Source: a virus
Lineage: Duplodnaviria; Caudoviricetes
IMG/VR virus record: IMGVR_UViG_3300020043_002646
Coordinates: 1 to 32,514 of that record
Strand: one strand, 5' to 3'
DNA length: 32,514 nucleotides
Shown: piece by piece, positions 8,517 through 17,447 of the stretch
Position numbering within the stretch: position 1 is the stretch's first letter
Layout of the letters: each line of letters opens with the position of its first letter
Made by a program: the position numbers and the translations under genes
The notes under the pieces: generated by a model
The model's input: the letters and a program-made list of their open reading frames with translations, nothing else
What the model was told of the DNA's origin: nothing
The model's database searches: none

Positions 8517-10108
8517 TGACAGTATCCGTATCGATAACAGGTAACGGAAAGTTTCAGCCAAATCGTAATGGAGATTTTATCTCTAGCTATTCTGTTACAG
8601 AAGAAGCTACTCCAATATCTGCAATTACCACTGGTGCCTCAATTCCCACAATGAGCGTTACGGGGCTATCTAACACTACCGAGACAGATGGAGCAACTCA
8701 CCCATCTAGCCTTCTGCTTTTGGACAACAGTATCACCCTAACTGATTCAGAGCGTGGGTCCTACGTTGGAAAAATTACTGACGTAAACATATCTGGCATG
8801 GGTGTTTCTGTAACCGCCCAGTCCGTCTTTGAGTCACTGAACGCAGAGAAGACTGCCCTGCCTTTTAATGGCCTGATTGGTGGAGCTTTTGCTCAGTACC
8901 TAGAGCTCGCAGGATTAACTAGCGGTCAGTACAACATTGACGCATCTTACAATGTGGACAATGCTGCCAATAAAGCAGTTTACCCAGGATGGACAGGAAC
9001 CGTCTGGGATTACATTAAACTTCTGTGCATCGCAGTCGGTGCCGAGATTACTTTCAATGCTAACGTTCTATATGTTAAGCCTAGAAACGGTCGCTCAATT
9101 GAGGTTCAAAACTCTACCACAGACTCGCTGACTGTTACGATGCCACTTGATTCTAAAGCCTTGTCTTTTGAGTATCTAGATACCTCATATGTTACTGACG
9201 CAATTATTAAGTGCTAAGCAGACTCAAATGGCGACTCGGTGGAAAGCATCGACGTTAACGAGACTAAGGAGATTACAATTGAGTCTCCTATATCCCTTGC
9301 ATCTGTGAATCAACCTGTATACACTACAGATGCTCCAGAGTCTCTAATTAGATACACTCAGCCTACCTCGGTTGGCTCTACGCCAGAGACGGCAGAGCTG
9401 GATGGATTTTACTGCTTCGTTAACGACCGAAAGAATAAGGTATCACAGGCAGTAATTGAATCAACCGGTGCAAGCGTCACTGTATCGGTTGACCCAGAGA
9501 ACTCGTATAACGCAATCATTAAGATTGTCGGCCCAAATGCTGATGTCGATGCGCCTTGGTCTCTGGTCTTTAGCGACACAGGTGAGCGCAAAGAGCAGGC
9601 TCTGATGATTACTGGAACCGGTGTACATTCTCGTGGTCGCGTCTGGAGTAAAGACGACAGCGCCTATAACCCAACCATGTACGAAGTTCCAACTGGATTG
9701 ACTTCAGGCGATGATGTCACAGAGTACACAGACAACCCATTCCTATCCAACAAGGATGCTCTTTACCGAACTGCTTACTATTCGGCACAGGAGTCCGGTG
9801 GGCCACAGGTCGCCATTTCGCTTGCTACTGATATAATTGAAGAAGCAGCAGGTCAAGAGTTTGGATATGTTCCTGGCGCAATTGCAGAATATGGCAGAAG
9901 CAAGTACCGCATTACTTCAGCGACATATACGCATGGCTCAGTCGAAATGTCTGGAACTCAATATGTGACCTTTGCTGACTTTAACGACAAATGGGCAGGT
10001 AAGTTGTACAGCGACTTTAATAACACCATGCTGACAGAGGCTGCTGCCCCAAATGAGTTTATGAAATACAGTGACCACGCAGTCATCCCACTAATGGAGC
10101 CAATCTAA
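8516..10108 (+). CDS. Minor tail (hub/baseplate) protein interrupted by one in-frame TAA at 9215-9217
   Basis: ORFs 8516-9217 and 9239-10108 share a frame: ...AAG TGC TAA GCA GAC TCA AAT GGC GAC TCG GTG... Confidence 0.6.
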
Positions 10109-10109
10109 A

Positions 10110-11747
10110 ATGAGCAGACCGAAGAGCAACGCACCTAGCGATATGACCCCTTGGGTCAAGGCTACCGAAAAAGAGATTGACTCACTTAAGCGTAAGGTAT
10201 CTAGCCTTGAGCGAACAAGCGTATCTCCGTCAGGTAACACTGGTGGCATCTATGGTGCTACGAATGTTTTAGACGTGTCTCAGACGGTTAGCGGTAGCAT
10301 TACCGCAAATATTTCTAATGCCAATTTTGACACCAATACCACCATGTCCTCTGACCTGGATGTCGCTGGAACGCTCAGTGTTGGACAGAAGACTAGGCAG
10401 TTCACATATTTCGATGGTGGGCTTGGCGAGTATGTCACAGAAGAAAGAGACGCTCCAGACTTCCGCTTAGTAGGTGGCCAACAGTCTGTTAACCCTGTCA
10501 CAGGCGTAGATGAATACTCGCAGGCTGTGCTATCACTTGAAGATGTTACTTTAGCAGCCTTCCAGACTCATGGAATGATTGTTGCCGACGGCCTTGACAT
10601 CGAAATGCAGGACCTGGCAGATTACTACTACCAATCTGAGCCAATTCAAAGCATTAGCAACTCTGGTGGCATAACAACCATTACAATTCTAGACACTGCT
10701 AACGCACTTGCTACATATGGCCCTGGGGTATACATTAACATAAGCGGAGCAAGTGCCTATGACACTACTCACGCTTGTATCAACACGCTTACAACAGACT
10801 CTGTTTTCATAACTATGACAATAGACTATACTGGTGGAACTGGAACCGTTACCACTGGAAGCATTATGGTTGACTACGGCTACCTAAAGACCAAGAACAC
10901 AATTGCAATTCAGGGCGCTAACCCGATGTATCAGTTCGTCAGGGTAACGCAAAACGGCTTCTCTGCCGGATACGATGGCACTGGACTAGCGCAAGAGAGT
11001 CTGGCCACTAACAGGCTTGGCCCAGATGGGACCACAGCCAGCGCACTAACCGTTAATGGAAACGCAACAATAGATGGGGACACTAGCTTTGGTGGAGGAT
11101 TTGGCTCTACCGGTGTAAGCATCCTATCTAACGGCCAAGTTCAAATGAGCGCAAACGCATTATCTCTCACAAACGGCACTGGCTCAATTCAAATTGGTTC
11201 TAACACTCAAACTAACCTAGCAATTGACAACAACGACATTCAGTGTCGCCTAAGCGGTGCAGGTGCAGACATCTTCATTAATAGGCTCGGTGGAGATATT
11301 TATGTTGGCAACTCAACTAGAGGCATTGGCGTTGAAGGCAACCAGGTTTGGGCTACTGGCGTTTACGGAAACTCGCTTACTACCTCGTACCGTTCGGTTT
11401 ATGTTTCCTCAACTGATACCTACGATAAGCTGGGCTACGTCGCTTCCTCTCGTGATGAGAAGAAAAATATTGAACCACTGAGCTACACAGCGGAGCAGAT
11501 TCTTAGCGTTCCTGCTGTGGAGTACCACTATAACACCGAAGAAGACTCAGCACCTAAGCACCCAGGTATGATTGCTGAAGACCTACATGATGCAGGGCTT
11601 CATGGTTATGTCTCCTACGATAAGCAAGGAAAGCCTGCTTCGATTAACTACGAGTTTTATGTATCAGCGCTTCAGCAAGTTGTTCGCCACCAGGCTGAAC
11701 AGATTGCCTCGCTTTCAGCACGACTAGACGCTTTAGAAGCCAGATAA
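10110..11747 (+). CDS. Tail fibre/spike with C-terminal intramolecular chaperone (peptidase S74-like)
   Basis: N-terminal coiled coil, G/T/S-rich beta body, C-terminal SSRDEKKNI...GMIAEDL...INY followed by a coiled coil. Confidence 0.8.
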   Translation: MSRPKSNAPSDMTPWVKATEKEIDSLKRKVSSLERTSVSPSGNTGGIYGATNVLDVSQTVSGSITANISNANFDTNTTMSSDLDVAGTLSVGQKTRQFTYFDGGLGEYVTEERDAPDFRLVGGQQSVNPVTGVDEYSQAVLSLEDVTLAAFQTHGMIVADGLDIEMQDLADYYYQSEPIQSISNSGGITTITILDTANALATYGPGVYINISGASAYDTTHACINTLTTDSVFITMTIDYTGGTGTVTTGSIMVDYGYLKTKNTIAIQGANPMYQFVRVTQNGFSAGYDGTGLAQESLATNRLGPDGTTASALTVNGNATIDGDTSFGGGFGSTGVSILSNGQVQMSANALSLTNGTGSIQIGSNTQTNLAIDNNDIQCRLSGAGADIFINRLGGDIYVGNSTRGIGVEGNQVWATGVYGNSLTTSYRSVYVSSTDTYDKLGYVASSRDEKKNIEPLSYTAEQILSVPAVEYHYNTEEDSAPKHPGMIAEDLHDAGLHGYVSYDKQGKPASINYEFYVSALQQVVRHQAEQIASLSARLDALEAR

Positions 11748-11760
11748 GGTAGAATAGAAG
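11748..11760 (+). promoter_or_regulatory. Putative late promoter -10 motif GGTAGAATAGAAG
   Basis: Identical to 427-439; TAGAAT ends 6 nt before ATG 11762, compatible with a leaderless mRNA. Confidence 0.55.
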
Positions 11761-11761
11761 A

Positions 11762-12460
11762 ATGGCCACTACAACTAATTACAGCATTTACTATCCTCTT
11801 GCGAGCGATTCAATCGCTCCGCTTAACACTGCTTTCTCAACTCTTGCATCAAGCGTTGACAGTGCGCTTACAACCAATCTAACTCCGATTGCCGGTAAGG
11901 TGCAGACATACCTATATAAGGTAACTAACACTGCTGCACTAAACGCATTGACTGGCATGGTTGTTGGCTCTCTTGCCTTCGTTGAAACTGGTGCTGACGG
12001 AACTTGGGAACAGTGCATTTACCTTGGCTCAGGAGATGGCTGGAAGGTTACCAACAAACCTTGGACAACTTATACCCACCCGGCCATCACTGGTCTAACC
12101 ATCAACGTTTCTCGCTATCGTATCTCTGACGGCATTGTGAACGTTCAGTTCATGGGTACCAAGGTTGCAGGAACATCTGGCGTTCCTACGTCTACCGTAA
12201 TTACGCTACCTGCCTCAGCGCCTAGTACATCGCCTGCATATACCTGGATGCCAGTGGGCAAGGGTACTTTCACAAGCGGAACCACTAAGTACGTTCTGAC
12301 CGCAGTCAGTGGCTCGACTACCACCTCTGTGAATGTCTATTACGAGAATGGTCAGCCTTCAAGCTATAGGACACTGAGCCAGGTGCTACAGACCACTACT
12401 GCACCAAAGGTTGCAGTTAACGATGTAATTGCGGTTGAGTTTTCATACGAAAAGGCTTAA
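11762..12460 (+). CDS. Minor tail / receptor-binding protein
   Basis: MATTTNYSIYYP N-terminus; Thr-rich beta C-terminus (RYRISDGIVNVQF...TLP). Confidence 0.65.
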   Translation: MATTTNYSIYYPLASDSIAPLNTAFSTLASSVDSALTTNLTPIAGKVQTYLYKVTNTAALNALTGMVVGSLAFVETGADGTWEQCIYLGSGDGWKVTNKPWTTYTHPAITGLTINVSRYRISDGIVNVQFMGTKVAGTSGVPTSTVITLPASAPSTSPAYTWMPVGKGTFTSGTTKYVLTAVSGSTTTSVNVYYENGQPSSYRTLSQVLQTTTAPKVAVNDVIAVEFSYEKA

Positions 12461-12461
12461 A

Positions 12462-13172
12462 ATGGTTGACTTAAACTACTACGAACCAATCAAGGGGCCT
12501 GGTGCCGAGCGCAGAGATGAGCTTGGCAACTTTGCCCCGTATCGTTCACAGCCGCACCGAGGCTGCGACTGGGGCTTCAGCAACGGCTCTCAGGGTAAGT
12601 CTATCTATGCAATCCGCACTGGTCGCGTTACTTTTGCAGGCTGGAACGATGCCCTTGGTCACACTGTTATCATTAAGTCGTCAGACGGCATCTACATTGA
12701 GTACAACCACATGAACGACAAGTCACCGCTAGAAGTTGGAGAAGTCGTTTATGGTGGAAAGAGCGTCGTTGGTCGTATTGGCTGCACAGGAAGCTCTCTG
12801 TCTGCCTCTAAGGCTTACCACCTACACGCTTCAGCTGCTAAGTTCCACACGCCACACGCTGCCCCTCGCCCTAAGTTGATTGACCTGTTCAAGGAGATTG
12901 ACAAGAGCAAGAAGAAGAAGGTCGTCGCTAAGGTTGGAGTAGTCGCTGCAAAGGCCCAGAAGGCTGTTTCAGTGGCTAAAGCAGCTGAGATTAAAGCAGC
13001 TAAAGCGCCTGCCAAGAAGGTGCCGGCAAAGGCCTCTGCGACCACTTACACTGTGAAGCGTGGAGACTCTTATTGGGCTATCGCTCAAAAGCACAAGATG
13101 GACTTTAAGGTTTTACAAAAACTGAACGGAAATAAACCTCTCGTTCCAGGTCAGATACTGAAACTGAAGTAA
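12462..13172 (+). CDS. Endolysin: M23 peptidase, Lys/Ala-rich linker, LysM
   Basis: HRGCD (HxxxD) and YHLH (HxH) zinc motifs; C-terminal YTVKRGDSYWAIA...LVPGQIL LysM. Confidence 0.9.
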   Translation: MVDLNYYEPIKGPGAERRDELGNFAPYRSQPHRGCDWGFSNGSQGKSIYAIRTGRVTFAGWNDALGHTVIIKSSDGIYIEYNHMNDKSPLEVGEVVYGGKSVVGRIGCTGSSLSASKAYHLHASAAKFHTPHAAPRPKLIDLFKEIDKSKKKKVVAKVGVVAAKAQKAVSVAKAAEIKAAKAPAKKVPAKASATTYTVKRGDSYWAIAQKHKMDFKVLQKLNGNKPLVPGQILKLK

Positions 13173-14260
13173 TGAAGAATATATTTAATAAAAATGGGCT
13201 GCGGATTATTTCCGCAGCCCTTCTTTTGTTTGCTGGCTCTTTTGCAGCCATGCCATCTTTTGCCGATGATGCTAACAACCTCAAGCTGGATGTCTATAAT
13301 TTTAGCCCAGACTACCTGTATCCAGAACGTAACCCAGAGCTATTAACGCACTGCGTTACTACCTACACTGCCAATATTCAGGCAGACTGGGGTGGCGACG
13401 ATATCCTCGGCTGTGGATATGACTTTGTTGCAATCCACTATACCGGCACGATGACTTTTAGTAGCTCTGATGAGCTTTACTTTATGGCAATCGCTGATGA
13501 TGGTTTCAGTCTCTCCCTTGATGGTGTACCTGTCATTGAAGACTGGTCACTGAAGGGGTGTAGCGGTTCTGTGAACACTTTTACGCCAATTGCTAACCAC
13601 ACTTACACGCTAGACGCTTGGTTTTACGAGTACGGCGGTGGAGCCTGTTCTACGCTATACTCAATGCCGACTAGCGGCGCATCTGCTTGGGATGTTGTGC
13701 CAGCAGCTATTTACGCTCCAGTAGTGCCAGTAGAGCCAACACCGGAACCAAGCCCAGAGCAAACGGTAGAACCAAGTCCGGAGCCATCTGTTAGCAGCTC
13801 TCCAGAGCCGAGCGAACCTGAGCCATCAGTGGAACCGTCGCCAGAGCCATCATCGCCAGAACCAATAGTGGTGCCAGCACCAGAGCCAGAACCAGTGGTG
13901 GAGCAAACGCCAGAACCGCAGCAGCCTGTAATAGAAACGCCTTCAATTGAACCTCCTGTAGAAAATATCGAGGAACCTATTATAACACAGGCAGAGCTTA
14001 TTGAGCAACTAGCTGAAGAAGCAGAAGCTGACGACCCAGAAGTGCCAGAAGAGCTGGCATCTATTCCGCTTATTGGAAACGCAGCTGTAGCTGTATTGGA
14101 GGCATTTAATGCTCTTGGCAATATTGGTGCTGACATGGCTCCGGAAGTTCGTGAGAAATCAGAAAAAGTAGTAGTGGGCGCAATTATCGCAGGTCAAATT
14201 GCACAGGTGGCAGCAGCTTCTAGCGTTGTGGCAAGTGCCTCTACAAGAAAGATAAAGTAA
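13172..14260 (+). CDS. Exported PA14-domain protein with Pro/Glu stalk and hydrophobic C-terminus
   Basis: Signal peptide ending PSFA; IADDGFSLSLDG...WFYEYGGGA PA14 motifs; EPSP repeats. Confidence 0.75.
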   Translation: MKNIFNKNGLRIISAALLLFAGSFAAMPSFADDANNLKLDVYNFSPDYLYPERNPELLTHCVTTYTANIQADWGGDDILGCGYDFVAIHYTGTMTFSSSDELYFMAIADDGFSLSLDGVPVIEDWSLKGCSGSVNTFTPIANHTYTLDAWFYEYGGGACSTLYSMPTSGASAWDVVPAAIYAPVVPVEPTPEPSPEQTVEPSPEPSVSSSPEPSEPEPSVEPSPEPSSPEPIVVPAPEPEPVVEQTPEPQQPVIETPSIEPPVENIEEPIITQAELIEQLAEEAEADDPEVPEELASIPLIGNAAVAVLEAFNALGNIGADMAPEVREKSEKVVVGAIIAGQIAQVAAASSVVASASTRKIK

Positions 14261-14427
14261 TGAAGGATTTTATTAAGGATATGCTTGACCAGGCATGGAC
14301 TCTTGTTGGACTTGGCACAGCCTGGCTTGTGCTTGAGGGTTCAGCAAAGACCGTAACCGGCAATCTAATCTTGATTACCCTTGGTATTTGGGTCATAACA
14401 TACCGCATCCGTAACCCAAAGGAATAA
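14260..14427 (+). CDS. 55-aa two-TM membrane protein (absent from ORF track)
   Basis: MKDFIKDMLDQAWTLVGLGTAWLVLEGSAKTVTGNLILITLGIWVITYRIRNPKE; TAATG-coupled to the PA14 gene. Confidence 0.75.
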   Translation: MKDFIKDMLDQAWTLVGLGTAWLVLEGSAKTVTGNLILITLGIWVITYRIRNPKE

Positions 14428-14428
14428 T

Positions 14429-14620
14429 ATGATTAAGTTTCTGAAGTTAGTAAAAGAGTCACGCAACAAGAAGGCCAGAGACCTGGCATATCAATCAGCT
14501 AAGATTTACTATAAAGGTAGGGACCATACAGCAGTAGAGTTTCAGGCCTATCAAAGAGGCTTTATGAACGCTTATTCAACAGCTTACATAAAAGCAGCAA
14601 GAAAACATAATAAGGTATAA
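14429..14620 (+). CDS. Small basic hypothetical protein
   Basis: 63-aa ORF with AAGGA RBS, fills the gap. Confidence 0.55.
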   Translation: MIKFLKLVKESRNKKARDLAYQSAKIYYKGRDHTAVEFQAYQRGFMNAYSTAYIKAARKHNKV

Positions 14621-14626
14621 TAGTAG
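14614..14626 (+). promoter_or_regulatory. Putative late promoter -10 motif GGTATAATAGTAG
   Basis: 11/13 match to the motif at 427 and 11748; upstream of the holin-like gene. Confidence 0.5.
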
Positions 14627-14658
14627 TATTAGACAATGGGCGAGATTGGATAAATAAC

Positions 14659-14916
14659 ATGATTATGGATATCATTCGCCGTACCATTGCGGTAATAATC
14701 CTTAACGTCACCAGCGCATTTGTTGGTGGTTCATTTATCGGTCTTGAGGTCTGGCAGTCTGCTCTAATGGCAGGTATTGCTGGTGTAATGGGTGTAGCTC
14801 AGGAGCTATCTCGTTCATATCTTAATGACGGTATCTTGGACATTGACGAAATTAACCGAGCCTTCGGAAACGCTGCTGCAAAGCACGAGCCAGAAGAGGA
14901 CTCAGAAGAACTATAA
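14659..14916 (+). CDS. Holin-like membrane protein
   Basis: Two hydrophobic helices and an acidic tail; in the lysis module. Confidence 0.6.
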   Translation: MIMDIIRRTIAVIILNVTSAFVGGSFIGLEVWQSALMAGIAGVMGVAQELSRSYLNDGILDIDEINRAFGNAAAKHEPEEDSEEL

Positions 14917-15164
14917 TGCCAGAAGACACCACAGACGTAACAATACTCATCGCTATTGGGCGCATTGAGGAAAAGATTAGCAACGTGCAAGAATCACAGC
15001 AACGTGTTGAAAAGAAATTAGACGCACACGACGCTCGACTAACGACTGTGGAGCATGACATTACACAATTGAAAACACAGCGGGAAAACAAGGCTGCATC
15101 AGTAGCTCTGTGGCTTGCAGTAGCAGCTATCGCTGTGTCGGTAATAACAAGCCTACTACCGTAG
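14916..15164 (+). CDS. Coiled-coil protein with C-terminal TM (lysis-cassette membrane protein)
   Basis: Heptad-like N-terminus, then VALWLAVAAIAVSVITSLL. Confidence 0.65.
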   Translation: MPEDTTDVTILIAIGRIEEKISNVQESQQRVEKKLDAHDARLTTVEHDITQLKTQRENKAASVALWLAVAAIAVSVITSLLP

Positions 15165-15184
15165 GAACGTAATACCCGACAAGA

Positions 15185-15219
15185 CAAAAACCCCACGCCG
15201 AGGTGACGTGGGGTTTTTG
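15185..15219. terminator. Bidirectional rho-independent terminator
   Basis: CAAAAACCCCACG-9 nt-CGTGGGGTTTTTG between convergent arms. Confidence 0.9.
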
Positions 15220-15229
15220 CTTACCTGAA

Positions 15230-15928
15230 TTATGGTGCTACTCGACCATTCTTATTGAATGTCTCGTATGTAATCGGCATCTTCTCTGCGAAGAACCTCT
15301 CCATACGCTCGGCAACCATTTCGATTTCTCGCTGAGGGAACGACGGCACTTTGCTTACAGGGTGAATCGTGCGAAGGCTTAGGAAATTCATCAGGCTTCG
15401 TGCGTTCATGGTGACGTACATTGATGAGTAGATGTTTACAGGTAGCACCATACGTGCTACTTCACGAGCAATCCCAGTATTTAGGAGCGCTTGATACTCG
15501 TAGTAGGCCTTGTTGCAGATGTGCTGTGTGCTTAGGTTGACATCTTCCCACTGCTCTTCAGTGCCTTGCTCGAAAGTATATGCTCCAGGCTTGCCCACCT
15601 GTACCATGTTGCGTTCTCTATTTGGCACATAGAACACTGGCTCTAGCTGCTTATAGCGACCCGACTCCTCGTTGTAAGAAGCGATGCGATGGCGCATGAA
15701 CTCTCTGAACACGAAGATGGGTGCCTCGATGTAGAATGTGAACGCATTATGCTCAAATGGTGAGCCATGTCGGTCACGCATTAGGTAGCCAATCAGCCCA
15801 GCGTCTCTATCTGAGCTATCTGATGCACTGCCACTTGATACACGAGCTGCACGAACTACAGAATTGTCATCGCCCATCGAATCAATTAGCTCTACAGTCA
15901 TATCGGAGCGAAATTTAACCTCTGTCAT
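15230..15928 (-). CDS. thyX: FAD-dependent thymidylate synthase
   Basis: HGSPFEH, RHRIASYNEESGRY signature, AREVARMVLP. Confidence 0.97.
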   Translation of the reverse strand: MTEVKFRSDMTVELIDSMGDDNSVVRAARVSSGSASDSSDRDAGLIGYLMRDRHGSPFEHNAFTFYIEAPIFVFREFMRHRIASYNEESGRYKQLEPVFYVPNRERNMVQVGKPGAYTFEQGTEEQWEDVNLSTQHICNKAYYEYQALLNTGIAREVARMVLPVNIYSSMYVTMNARSLMNFLSLRTIHPVSKVPSFPQREIEMVAERMERFFAEKMPITYETFNKNGRVAP

Positions 15929-16151
15929 CTGTCATCTCCAATCTAATAATTTCATCGTTTAGATACCAGATTGCTTTACGCAAATCCTCTATCTGCTTCT
16001 TGTCATCTTTGATTCCAGCACGCCAGATATACTTGATAGCATTACCGATATTGAAGTTTCGGTGCCTAGTAATCTGGATGCACTCTACCCCAGAGGGGTC
16101 TGACGTATAGTGCTTTGGGTGGTTTACTGATTCATTTACCTGTTGAGCCAA
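15915..16151 (-). CDS. DUF3310-family protein
   Basis: VNHPKHY...ECI...GNAIKYIWRAG.K...EDLRKAIWYL; probable TTG start 9 nt after GAGGTG. Confidence 0.85.
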   Translation of the reverse strand: MAQQVNESVNHPKHYTSDPSGVECIQITRHRNFNIGNAIKYIWRAGIKDDKKQIEDLRKAIWYLNDEIIRLEMTDDRG

Positions 16152-16545
16152 AGCCTGCATCACCTCGGCTACTGTCTGACAATTCATCAACCTGCTCGAA
16201 CTCAGCGGTCTCAAACTTCTGAATCACTAGCTGTGCAATGCGCTGACCTGGCTCAATCTGTAACGAGTGGCTACCATGATTGATTAGCAAGACTTTAATC
16301 TCACCTCGGAAACCAGCATCAATTGTGCCTGGGGCATTAGTCACAGTCAAGCCATGATTCATGGCCAAACCTGAGCGAGGATGAATCAACCCGACATAGC
16401 CTTCTGGAATCTCAATCCATGTTCCAGTCGGTGCGATTGCTCGTGCACCTGAACGCAAGTGTAGAGACTCGGTTGAGATAAGGTCTGCACCTGCGTCTCC
16501 TGGCTTGCCGTAAACAGGGATATTACCCTTTACCTTTACCTTCAT
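16132..16545 (-). CDS. dut: dUTPase (trimeric)
   Basis: AGADL, PRSGLA, GTIDAGFRGEI, RIAQL, RGDAGFGSTG motifs. Confidence 0.97.
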   Translation of the reverse strand: MKVKVKGNIPVYGKPGDAGADLISTESLHLRSGARAIAPTGTWIEIPEGYVGLIHPRSGLAMNHGLTVTNAPGTIDAGFRGEIKVLLINHGSHSLQIEPGQRIAQLVIQKFETAEFEQVDELSDSSRGDAGFGSTGK

Positions 16546-16919
16546 TACTTCTCCTTCTTTGCGTCTAGATTGATTCGGTTTACCCATGCTTGACCGGCAG
16601 TGCCACCCCAAGCATCCCAAGCCACGCGACCCGGACTAGGATAACCCTCTTCACCTGAGTTAAAGCCAGTGGCCTTCTTGTCAACTGTGTGACGTGCGAA
16701 GTAAGACTTCATTCGAGCGACTGTATCTCGCGTTACAGCTTGACCAGAGGCCAGCTGGCTTGCACGACGACGACCCACGCTAGTAAAGCCCGAACCAGCC
16801 TTGCCCTCTGAAATCCACTTCAGGGCACGTTTAGCAGCGTTCTGAACCCCCTGTGGCGGTGAGTAAGTATTATCCGCTGCTTCTTCAAAGATAGACCGCA
16901 ATCCATTTTCTTCTGACAT
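16545..16919 (-). CDS. Conserved phage hypothetical protein
   Basis: GGAGG RBS; RMKSYFARH...GRVAWDAWGG motif. Confidence 0.75.
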   Translation of the reverse strand: MSEENGLRSIFEEAADNTYSPPQGVQNAAKRALKWISEGKAGSGFTSVGRRRASQLASGQAVTRDTVARMKSYFARHTVDKKATGFNSGEEGYPSPGRVAWDAWGGTAGQAWVNRINLDAKKEK

Positions 16920-16927
16920 TATTCCTC

Positions 16928-17110
16928 CTATTTCTTTTTATCTGTTGCATAAAACCCAGAGCCATTGAACGTGACTACTGGTGTACTGAAGATACGTTTT
17001 AGCAGTGTACCACAGTCGGGGCAGTTTATCAACTTCTGCTCCTCTGTGATTCCTCGTGACTCAGTGTGCTTAATTTCGCATTTTTCGCAATAAAACTCGT
17101 AAATTGGCAA
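16928..17110 (-). CDS. FmdB-family zinc-ribbon protein
   Basis: (M)PIYEFYCEKC...CPDCG...KRIFS...FNGSGFYATD; TTG start after GAGGAGG. Confidence 0.85.
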   Translation of the reverse strand: MPIYEFYCEKCEIKHTESRGITEEQKLINCPDCGTLLKRIFSTPVVTFNGSGFYATDKKK

Positions 17111-17111
17111 T

Positions 17112-17447
17112 TTAACCCTCCTCAAAATCTACCGAGAATAATTCTCGACATCTCTCGCATGGTGTCTCTGGTGTATCAAGACCACATACTGAATCGCAAT
17201 GTTCACAGCCGAAGCCGAAGTCATCTGTGATTCGATATACAGGATTGCCACAGGCACAGATGTATTGAATCGTTAGCTCAACGCCTGAATCTTCATCATA
17301 GATTATGTCTGTGTAGAAAATCAAGTGAGTATCAGAGTGCCCAGTAAACAAACCGTTAGGCTTGCGTACTGGGACAACTTCTAATACTACTTTTTTCTTT
17401 TTGAACAGACTAGATAGAACGGTAATTAGTCTTTTCAATTGACTCAT
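17112..17447 (-). CDS. Cys-rich hypothetical protein
   Basis: CACG, CEHCDSVC and CERC clusters. Confidence 0.6.
   Translation of the reverse strand: MSQLKRLITVLSSLFKKKKVVLEVVPVRKPNGLFTGHSDTHLIFYTDIIYDEDSGVELTIQYICACGNPVYRITDDFGFGCEHCDSVCGLDTPETPCERCRELFSVDFEEG

Noticed and set aside
9215-9217. Genome-wide stop-codon reassignment
   Set aside because: TAA terminates most other genes normally and no suppressor tRNA is seen.
10110-12460. Diversity-generating retroelement or invertible tail-fibre cassette
   Set aside because: No reverse transcriptase, invertase or template/variable repeat pair seen in the window.
13716-13960. GAGCCA/GAACCA repeats as a DNA repeat element
   Set aside because: Explained by the coding of the Pro/Glu stalk.
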